Assembly (NCBI GenBank): GCA_048772705.1
Contig: JBLWGC010000192.1
Location: 1 to 5,400 of the forward strand
Direction of reading: 5' to 3'
Source: Leidyana gryllorum EB-2025a
Lineage: Eukaryota; Protista; Apicomplexa
Length of the DNA stretch: 5,400 nucleotides
The notes beneath the pieces were generated by a model. That model searched no databases, was not told the DNA's origin, and was given only the letters and a program-made list of their open reading frames with translations. Positions 1 through 5,237 of this stretch are shown here, piece by piece (the first letter of the stretch is position 1; the number at the start of each line of letters is the position of its first letter). The position numbers were made by a program, and so were the translations under genes.

Positions 1-4
1 GAGC

Positions 5-77
5 TACAGCCACCGAGGATCGAACTCGGGACCTTCTGCGTGTGAAGCAGACGTCGTAACCACTAGACCATGGCTGC
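5..77 (-). tRNA. tRNA-Val(CAC)
   Basis: Reverse complement folds as GCAGCCA-TG-GTCTAGTGGTTACGAC-G-TCTGC TT CAC AC GCAGA-AGGTC-CCGAG TTCGATC CTCGG-TGGCTGT-A. It differs from the 3955-4027 copy only at anticodon position 34. Confidence 0.95.
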
Positions 78-197
78 GCGGAGCTTTCGGACTGTGAAAG
101 GGGCGTGTGTCTCTGGAAACAGGTATCTGATGAGGGGCGAAAAGCACGCAATGCTATGAGGTCTGCACAGCGGGCGACTAGCTCAACAAGATATTAT

Positions 198-268
198 GCA
201 TCTGTGGTCTAGTGGTAGAATGTCTCGTTGTCATCGAGACGACCCGGGTTCGATTCCCGGCAGATGCA
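198..268 (+). tRNA. Intact tRNA with Asp anticodon (GTC) on a tRNA-Gly(GCC)-type body
   Basis: GCATCTG/CAGATGC acceptor with A73, TCTCG TT GTC AT CGAGA anticodon arm, CCGGG TTCGATT CCCGG T arm, 71 nt. The body is Gly-like and the anticodon reads Asp. Confidence 0.9.
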
Positions 269-283
269 GAGGACACATTGTTG

Positions 284-288
284 TTTTT
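284..288 (+). terminator. Putative Pol III oligo-dT terminator (T5)
   Basis: TTTTT starts 16 nt after the end of the 198-268 tRNA. Confidence 0.55.
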
Positions 289-343
289 CCATCATTCCAG
301 AAATTCACGCTTGAGTTGGTGTCTGACCTCCGATCACATCGCA

Positions 344-426
344 CGACAACTGCTGGATCTGCACCAGCCCGGCCCAGGCCCTGTAGAGATCAAATCTTCT
401 CCCCTTCCCCACTCGGGCAAGTTGGC
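344..426 (-). pseudogene. tRNA-Ser pseudogene (anticodon possibly TGA)
   Basis: Colinear copy of 713-794 including the flanks (cacgacaactgctggat...; ctgtcgaactt). The T-loop (GTGCAGAT), D-loop and anticodon stem are disrupted. Confidence 0.85.
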
Positions 427-523
427 AACTGTCGAACTTAGTAACAGATTCCATCCGTGTTCGTCGTAGAATGTTGGGGCTTCTTCGGGTCGAGGGCAAC
501 TCTGTATCACAGATCCACTGCCT

Positions 524-597
524 TGGTCACGCCCGGGCTCGAACCGGGGACCTTGAGCTTATTAGGCTCACGCTCTAACCGACTGAGCTACTCGACC
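524..597 (-). tRNA. tRNA-Ile(AAT)
   Basis: GGTCGAG-TA-GCTC AGTCGGTTA GAGC-G-TGAGC CT AAT AA GCTCA-AGGTC-CCCGG TTCGAGC CCGGG-CGTGACC-A, with one A6.G67 acceptor mismatch. Confidence 0.93.
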
Positions 598-712
598 GCC
601 TCCGACGACAGATGGCACCGATTCACTTACTTGATGCCTCTGCGTCGCCACTGCAATCCTTATCATGTACTGCAGGTGTTTTGAGCCCAGCCTACTCGAT
701 GATCGCAGCACA

Positions 713-794
713 CGACAACTGCTGGATTTGAACCAGCGCGGGCCAGGCCCAGTAGATTTCTAGTCTACCCCCTTAACCACTCGGGCAAGTTGCC
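713..794 (-). tRNA. tRNA-Ser(AGA)
   Basis: GGCAACT/AGTTGTC acceptor with G73, GTAGA CT AGA AA TCTAC anticodon arm, long variable arm GGGCCTGGCCC, GCTGG TTCAAAT CCAGC T arm. Confidence 0.96.
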
Positions 795-861
795 GCTGTC
801 GAACTTGACATTTTGCGGCCAGTGGCTTCACATACGATTCAGCGAGCTTTACTAGGACTGC

Positions 862-927
862 TCGCACCCCCCGAACCCGCGGTTCTCCCTTCAAAAGTCT
901 TGTGCTCTACGACGGAGTTGGGGCGGC
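862..927 (-). pseudogene. Degenerate tRNA-Lys(TTT)-like pseudogene
   Basis: Reverse complement retains GCCGCCC..CTCCGTCGTAGAGCACAAGACTTTT and GCGGGTTCG. The 3' anticodon stem and acceptor are lost. Boundaries are approximate. Confidence 0.6.
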
Positions 928-1025
928 AAGAAAGCTCGGACTTGGTAACAAATTCCAGTCGTATTGATGGTGGAATCTTTCCGAGACGGTTCGGCTCTCG
1001 GCCGAAGCCTAAACTCGAGCACTTG

Positions 1026-1098
1026 TCCACTGTAGTCTAAGTGGCTAGGATATGCGGCTTTCACCCGCACGATCCGGGTTCAAGTCCCGGCAGTGGAA
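1026..1098 (+). tRNA. tRNA-Glu(TTC)
   Basis: TCCACTG/CAGTGGA-A acceptor, TGCGG CT TTC AC CCGCA anticodon arm, CCGGG TTCAAGT CCCGG T arm. Identical to the 3554-3626 copy. Confidence 0.96.
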
Positions 1099-1174
1099 GT
1101 CATTAGAGTACTCGATCAAAGTGCTCTGATAACTTGCGTAAATAGGGACTGATGCGTGATTCCCGGCTTGCATT

Positions 1175-1245
1175 GCCTTCTTAGCTTAGGGGCAGAGCAT
1201 TCGCTTAGAAGCGAAAGGTCGCCGGTTCGATTCCGGCAGAAGGCT
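1175..1245 (+). pseudogene. tRNA-Thr(AGT) with a 1-nt deletion in the anticodon loop
   Basis: Perfect GCCTTCT/AGAAGGC acceptor and T arm. The anticodon loop is TTAGAA (6 nt), versus TTAGTAA in paralogue 3406-3477. Confidence 0.85.
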
Positions 1246-1292
1246 TGCTCACGAGCCAATCTATCCTACAACTGTTCCCTTCTGCGCACACT

Positions 1293-1364
1293 TAGCAGTG
1301 CGTCGTTTCGATCGACGGACCTTTGGGTTATGAGCCCAACACTCTTCCACTGAGCTACACTGCT
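1293..1364 (-). tRNA. Initiator tRNA-Met(CAT), eukaryotic type
   Basis: AGCAGTG/CACTGCT acceptor (A1:U72), GGG/CCC in the anticodon stem, CT CAT AA loop, ATCGAAA T-loop (A54, A60). Confidence 0.96.
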
Positions 1365-1505
1365 TAGTCTGCAACATGTCAGAGGTAGCCGAAATGCGAT
1401 TCTCGAGAGGTTAGTTGCGCTGACTGCCCTACCGAAGTGGGCTAACGAGGTGGCTGTGTTGGTTCTGAGGGCAACTTGTCCGATCGGGTCAACCGACGAC
1501 CAAGA

Positions 1506-1573
1506 GGGCTGTTCTGGGAATCGAACCCAGGACTCCACCCTGAGGAGGGGCCATACCACTAGACCAAACAGCC
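1506..1573 (-). pseudogene. tRNA-Pro(AGG) pseudogene
   Basis: Intact GGCTGTT/AACAGCC-C acceptor, TGGTCTAGTGG A box and T arm. The anticodon arm is altered (CTCC TC AGG GT GGAG, C33) and about 4 nt are missing; length 68 nt. Confidence 0.8.
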
Positions 1574-1715
1574 GACTGATCGGTGGTGCAAATTGCTGGT
1601 AGAGTCGGGAGACTGGTCATAACATGTCAAGAACCACTAAATGCTATGGGGTGTGCAGGGTTACAGGCTGGCAAAGTCAGGCGCCACATTGAGGCCGACC
1701 GCGTGCATACTCAGA

Positions 1716-1782
1716 CCTTGAGCACTCGGGCCAGTTGCCATCTGTCGAGCTCGGCATTTTGCGGCCAGCGGCTTCACATACG
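1716..1782 (-). pseudogene. 5' remnant of tRNA-Ser plus duplicated upstream flank
   Basis: Aligns to 771-836 (cactcgggc.agttgcc; ctgtcga.ct; cattttgcggccag.ggcttcacatacg). The rest of the tRNA is unrecognisable. Confidence 0.75.
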
Positions 1783-1849
1783 GTTTGGCAAGACTGGCTC
1801 GCACATGCGGTGGGTCACTCATCTTCACCGCGCTCCATGACTTTCTCCC

Positions 1850-1919
1850 GCGTAGCAAGCTCAGTTAGAGAGCGCTAGACAAGACTTGGAAGTTCCGTGT
1901 TCGATCCGCCGACGAGGCA
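1850..1919 (+). pseudogene. Degenerate tRNA-Phe(GAA)-like pseudogene
   Basis: AGCTCAGTTAGAGAGCGCTAGAC--AAGA...CCGTGTTCGATCC...ACGAGGCA matches the eukaryotic Phe pattern, with 2 nt deleted from the anticodon loop and a broken acceptor. Confidence 0.7.
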
Positions 1920-2084
1920 AAGAGGTCGTCACATCGAGTATCAGAATGCGCCGCGTCCGTGCCGCCCCGAGGTTGCCAGCGACATGTCTTACTCGCTGCA
2001 CTTTTTAACAACGGTTTGGGGGAGGTTTTGAGATCAAATACTCCTTTCACCCAACCAGTATCGAGATGACCGAAGCTTATCCAT

Positions 2085-2157
2085 AGTGCAGTGGCCTGAT
2101 GGATAGGGCATCGGTCTTCGGAACCGGGAGTTGTGGGTTCGAGTCCCATCCGCACCA
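2085..2157 (+). tRNA. tRNA-Arg(TCG), possibly decaying
   Basis: TCGGT CT TCG GA ACCGG anticodon arm and GTGGG TTCGAGT CCCAT T arm. The acceptor AGTGCAG/CCGCACC has two A.C mismatches (1:72 and 6:67). Confidence 0.8.
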
Positions 2158-2237
2158 CAGCCTCTCACTCGGAATCCGTTCCGTTTTGGCCGAGGCAAGC
2201 TTGCTAGCTGTATGGGGAGCCACTGCCGCCCATGTCG

Positions 2238-2305
2238 AGTTGAAGTGCTAGTGGTATATTCTTCCCTCGCCTGGGGGAGTGTTCGATTCGATTCCCGAAC
2301 AGTCC
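2238..2305 (+). pseudogene. Degenerate tRNA-Pro-like pseudogene
   Basis: CTAGTGGTAT...TTCGATTCCCGAACAGTCC resembles the 1506-1573 body. It is followed by T6 at 2307-2312. The anticodon is unreadable and the start is approximate. Confidence 0.6.
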
Positions 2306-2380
2306 GTTTTTTGTAGGTTGCAGACAGCTCGACGCAGAAATCGCCCGAATCTCTCGGGGTGCTGCGGCTCTTTCGCAATT

Positions 2381-2451
2381 GCACTTGTGGTCTAAGGGTA
2401 AGATGCGACCCTTCCAAGGTCGTAACCCGGGTTCGAGTCCCGGCAGGTGCA
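2381..2451 (+). tRNA. tRNA-Gly(TCC)
   Basis: GCACTTG/CAGGTGC-A acceptor, CGACC CT TCC AA GGTCG anticodon arm, CCGGG TTCGAGT CCCGG T arm. Confidence 0.95.
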
Positions 2452-2515
2452 GCCGTATGTAGCTTGAACGACGGTCTATCAGTGAACTTAGGGGACCGAC
2501 TGCCTATTCAACGGC

Positions 2516-2596
2516 TGACAAGAGTGGGATTCTGAACCAACGCCCATTCGGACCGCGGCTTGCGCACGTGCCCTCAGACCACTCGGCCATGTTGCC
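2516..2596 (-). pseudogene. tRNA-Leu pseudogene (anticodon possibly CAA)
   Basis: Direct copy of 2740-2818 located 224 nt away (shared ggctgacaagagtgggatt). The anticodon stem and T arm are damaged. Confidence 0.85.
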
Positions 2597-2739
2597 AGCT
2601 CGGTGACGCTCCCGCCAACCACGCGTTTCCTCTCTGTGGAAGCAGATCCGGGGTGCTCCGCGGTGCCAAACTCGAGTTCCGGTAAGATTGGACGACCTGG
2701 CTACCGACCCATGCGCAGCGAGCGCTTTACCGTTCGGGC

Positions 2740-2818
2740 TGACAAGAGTGGGATTGAACCCACGCCCTTTCGGACTGCGGCCTGAACACAGCGCCTTAGA
2801 CCATTCGGCCATCTTGCC
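2740..2818 (-). tRNA. tRNA-Leu(CAG) with a 1-nt T-loop deletion
   Basis: GGCAAGA/TCTTGTC-A acceptor, CTGTG TT CAG GC CGCAG anticodon arm, long variable arm. The T-loop is TTCAAT (6 nt), versus TTCGAAT in 4188-4267. Confidence 0.85.
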
Positions 2819-2911
2819 GCAGTCTTGTTGGTTCGTCGCTCCATCGCGGTTTTTTGTCCGTGAGCCGAAATAGAAAGACTTCTGGGATTGGCGACCAGCG
2901 TGTTCCGGGCG

Positions 2912-2983
2912 TCCGAGTTAGTATAGTGGTTAGTGTCGCCGCCTGCCACGCGGAACACTCGGGATCGATTCCCGGTCTCGAAA
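2912..2983 (+). pseudogene. tRNA-Asp-type body with GCC (Gly) anticodon, probable pseudogene
   Basis: TCCGAGTTAGTATAGTGGTTAGT is a typical eukaryotic Asp 5' end. The anticodon arm is CCGC CT GCC AC GCGG. It has two acceptor mismatches and T54->A. Confidence 0.8.
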
Positions 2984-3038
2984 CGCAGGTGGTTTTGCCA
3001 AAGATTCTCTCCTTTGGTTCTCGCTGAAAGTTGCGAGC

Positions 3039-3111
3039 TACAGCCACCGAGGATCGAACTCGGGACCTTCTGCGTGCAAAGCAGACGCCGTAACCACTAG
3101 ACCATTGCTGC
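3039..3111 (-). tRNA. tRNA-Val-type body with TGC (Ala) anticodon
   Basis: Four differences from Val(AAC) at 3955-4027. The anticodon arm is TCTGC TT TGC AC GCAGA. It has A3:T70 (no G3:U70) and an A6.G67 mismatch. Confidence 0.85.
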
Positions 3112-3175
3112 ACGGATGGTCCCCGCAGCCCAAGAGAAGTGGCGAAATTTGAAGGAGTACGGAGGACCAGTGCCA

Positions 3176-3247
3176 AGGTCGCGCCGGGAATCGAACCCAG
3201 GTCGGGAGATTCAAAGTCTCCAGTGCTAACCACTACACCACGCAACC
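3176..3247 (-). tRNA. tRNA-Gln(TTG)
   Basis: GGTTGCG/CGCGACC-T acceptor, GGAGA CT TTG AA TCTCC anticodon arm, CTGGG TTCGATT CCCGG T arm. Confidence 0.96.
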
Positions 3248-3318
3248 GGTTCAGCCCATCCCAAAAGAGGCGGTAGAGCCGTCCGGACTAGCGCTCCGTC
3301 AACTGGACACATGCAACA

Positions 3319-3352
3319 CGCGACTGGCAGGTTCCAAACCTGCGACTTCGTG
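3319..3352 (-). pseudogene. tRNA 3'-half remnant of unknown isotype
   Basis: Reverse complement AAGTC GCAGG TTTGGAA CCTGC CAGTCGC looks like a variable loop, T arm and 3' acceptor strand. Confidence 0.4.
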
Positions 3353-3405
3353 ACTACGATGATTGGAGTTGCGATAAGCTTGCAGGTGCCCATTCGATGC
3401 AGTCG

Positions 3406-3477
3406 AGCCTTCTGCCGGAATCGAACCGGCGACCTTTCGCTTACTAAGCGAATGCTCTGCCCCTAAGCTAAGACGGC
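3406..3477 (-). tRNA. tRNA-Thr(AGT)
   Basis: TTCGC TT AGT AA GCGAA anticodon arm and GCCGG TTCGATT CCGGC T arm. The acceptor GCCGTCT/AGAAGGC has one G4.A69 mismatch. Confidence 0.92.
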
Positions 3478-3553
3478 AATGCAAGCCAAAGATCACGAAT
3501 CAGTCACTATTGACGGAGGTTACTGGAGCACTTTGCTCGAATGGTCCAATGAC

Positions 3554-3626
3554 TTCCACTGCCGGGACTTGAACCCGGATCGTGCGGGTGAAAGCCGCAT
3601 ATCCTAGCCACTTAGACTACAGTGGA
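3554..3626 (-). tRNA. tRNA-Glu(TTC)
   Basis: Exact reverse complement of 1026-1098. Confidence 0.96.
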
Positions 3627-3710
3627 CAACTTCTTCAGCTGCAGCTTTGGACGAAAGACGTACCATCTCGAGATGAGATTTTTTGCACTTACCCAGATTT
3701 GAAGCCGCCT

Positions 3711-3750
3711 CGTATCCAGCCCGGGTCGTCTCAATGGCACGGAAACACTC
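3711..3750 (-). pseudogene. Internal remnant of tRNA-Gly(GCC), paralogue of 198-268
   Basis: Reverse complement GAGTGTTTCCGT GCC ATTGAGACGACCCGGG aligns to GAATGTCTCGTT GTC ATCGAGACGACCCGGG of the 198-268 gene. Confidence 0.7.
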
Positions 3751-3818
3751 GAGCCCTTGACCGCATTTATTTCCAGTCCCAATGGCCTCACTCACTCTTT
3801 TGAATCTTGGTCGTGAAT

Positions 3819-3890
3819 GGTTCCGTGTTGTAGTGGTTAGCACTGGAGACTTTGAATCTCCCGACCTGGGTTCGATTCCCGGCGCGACCT
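3819..3890 (+). tRNA. tRNA-Gln(TTG) with two substitutions
   Basis: Identical to 3176-3247 except G5->C (C.C acceptor mismatch) and G10->T (D stem/A box). Confidence 0.88.
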
Positions 3891-3954
3891 CGCAACTAGT
3901 CATCACTACGTCTTGAAACTTCGCAACTTCTCTTGGTCTGCGGAAAGCTCTCAT

Positions 3955-4027
3955 GCAGCCATGGTCTAGTGGTTACGACGTCTGCTTAACACGCAGAAGG
4001 TCCCGAGTTCGATCCTCGGTGGCTGTA
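3955..4027 (+). tRNA. tRNA-Val(AAC)
   Basis: GCAGCCA/TGGCTGT-A acceptor, TCTGC TT AAC AC GCAGA anticodon arm, CCGAG TTCGATC CTCGG T arm. Confidence 0.96.
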
Positions 4028-4075
4028 GCTCGAACATGTGAAGTGAGCTCCACCCAAAGCGAGGAAACGTGCTGT

Positions 4076-4111
4076 CTTCGAGACAGGGCATCGAACCCGC
4101 GTCTTCCGCGT
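4076..4111 (-). pseudogene. 3'-half remnant of tRNA-Asp
   Basis: Reverse complement ACGCGGAAGAC GCGGG TTCGATG CCCTG TCTCGAA-G is the syntenic partner of 2948-2983 and retains G73. Confidence 0.8.
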
Positions 4112-4187
4112 CTTCAACCCTAGAAGTCTTCCTTCTCGAGAACTTCACGGACAGAAAACGTGTAAAGTGGCGAGCCAAGAACACTTC

Positions 4188-4267
4188 GGTAAGATGGCCG
4201 AGTGGTCTAAGGCGCTGTGTTAAGGCCGCAGTCCGAAAGGGCGTGGGTTCGAATCCCACTCTTGTCA
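4188..4267 (+). tRNA. tRNA-Leu(AAG)
   Basis: GGTAAGA/TCTTGTC-A acceptor, CTGTG TT AAG GC CGCAG anticodon arm, variable arm TCCGAAAGGG, GTGGG TTCGAAT CCCAC T arm. Confidence 0.96.
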
Positions 4268-4271
4268 GGCG

Positions 4272-4418
4272 TTGTAGTCAGGACAACCTGCGACTTCATC
4301 CCAGCATGCCCCCACGATGCGCGCGGGACAGCCCGCCGTGCACGTGGCACCCGGCTAACTTTTGTCGATACAATTGCCACATGATTATCCAGCTAAGTTG
4401 CCTTCTTAACTTAGGGGT
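4272..4418 (+). pseudogene. Highly decayed third copy of the Glu-Thr block
   Basis: ttgccttcttaacttagggg (4398-4417) matches the Thr 5' end at 19/20. Upstream patches tgtagtc, tgcgacttcatccc and cacgat loosely resemble Glu. Confidence 0.5.
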
Positions 4419-5060
4419 GGGAACGTGCCAGACCAGTCTGAGTGGCACGAGGTCACGTGTTGGGAACATCTGGGGGGGAAGAAAGCGAGCGCGAGCGAGA
4501 AGAGGGCTTTTTGGATCTGAGAACAAAAATAACAGTCCAAGTCCCACGTCTTGCACACCAAATCTTGGGAAAAGTGGCTCGTTTGGGCTGCTATCTGTTG
4601 CTTGCGAGCCGCACGAGAGCTAAATTAAGGAGTCTGACGACCCTTACATCTCGATGGGAGGCTAGCTTGCTGTAGCGAACGAGCCAATTGAAGTTCGGGA
4701 AGTCTCATTTTTGCAAAAATCAGGCCTTCTCGTGTCTCAGAGAGCTCGAGAGAGTCGCCTATCTCCTATTCTAGCGGTGAGATTTCGCCTAAAATCTGGC
4801 TGCTAACTAATCAGGCCACTACTATTCCTAAGGTAAGCGAGAGAGCTAGTCTAGAGCTCCTAATCAAATTCCTATTTCACTAAAAGTCGTTTCTGTTACC
4901 CCCTAAGAACCCCCAAAAAAACCTACGGTAATGGTCGGGCTCACCCTTGCGGGTTTCGCCGACCTGCACAACTGCGCCACACTCCCTAGTGAAAGTTCTC
5001 TCGATGCATCTCCTCCTGTCAAAAGGGTGCACATGATGTTGTATCCACAACACACCCGCC

Positions 5061-5106
5061 TAGTCGGGCCGGGGCTCAACCTCGAACTTGGACTTATTAG
5101 GCTCAC
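5061..5106 (-). pseudogene. tRNA-Ile(AAT) remnant
   Basis: The exact 14-mer cttattaggctcac (5093-5106) is shared with 558-571, and there is a degraded T arm/acceptor (gtc..gcc.gggctc.aacc). Confidence 0.7.
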
Positions 5107-5147
5107 CATTAAAGTGACCGAAAATACGCAGAGTTGAGGTAAACAAT

Positions 5148-5171
5148 CACTGGACCAAGTAGCCGACTGAT
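5148..5171 (-). pseudogene. 5' remnant of tRNA-Pro plus upstream flank
   Basis: cactggaccaagtagccgactgat versus cactagaccaaacagccgactgat at 1557-1580 (21/24). Confidence 0.6.
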
Positions 5172-5237
5172 GCGCTCAGCAAAGCACCATGATTGGCCTC
5201 GTCCACCCGGCCGAACACTTATTTCAAAGCCTAATAC

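Larger units (their letters stand above)
2737..3250. repeat. Left arm of a large diverged inverted repeat (Leu-Asp-Val-Gln)
   Basis: Gene order and orientation mirror 3816-4270, and the spacers align in reverse complement (e.g. tgtccgtga, aagacttct, acttctcttgg). Confidence 0.9.
3405..3629 (-). repeat. Inverted duplicate of the Glu-Thr block at 1023-1245
   Basis: The Glu copies are identical, the Thr copies differ at 2 sites, and the 76-nt spacer aligns without gaps at 59/76 (manual count). Confidence 0.93.
3816..4270. repeat. Right arm of the large inverted repeat (Gln-Val-Asp remnant-Leu)
   Basis: Mirror of 2737-3250, about 50 nt shorter because the 5' half of the Asp gene is deleted. Confidence 0.9.

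Noticed and set aside
981-1006. Overlapping alternative hairpins CCGAGA/TCTCGG and TTCGGC/GCCGAA upstream of Glu
   Set aside because: The stems are only 6 bp and are not conserved upstream of the identical Glu copy at 3626.
1405-1451. Possible minus-strand tRNA 5' remnant (CCTCGTTAGCCCACTTCGGTAGGGCA)
   Set aside because: Only an A-box-like patch is present, with no anticodon or T arm, so the isotype cannot be assigned.
2175-2194. tccgttccgttttggccgag resembles the dinoflagellate spliced leader DCCGTAGCCATTTTGGCTCAAG
   Set aside because: The alignment needs two gaps and three mismatches, there is no GT donor after it, and the match is plausible by chance.
3319-3405. Intron-containing tRNA (e.g. 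Ile TAT) spanning CGACTG...CAGTCG on the minus strand
   Set aside because: No D arm or anticodon stem can be formed, and the 5' match directly abuts the Thr gene. Only the T-arm remnant is supportable.
196-4259. The many 60-150 aa ORFs in the ORF track
   Set aside because: Most overlap tRNA genes or relics, and recurring peptides such as PGSIPG, GIEP and GFEPT are translations of T arms. None resembles a protein family I recognise.
4069-4623. Longest ORF (184 aa)
   Set aside because: It runs through the Asp remnant, intact Leu(AAG) and the Thr relic, starts at GTG, and has no recognisable domain.
4933-4964. Hairpin GGTCGG..ACCC-TTGC-GGGT..CCGACC
   Set aside because: It is an isolated short stem-loop with no recognisable family motif or supporting context.
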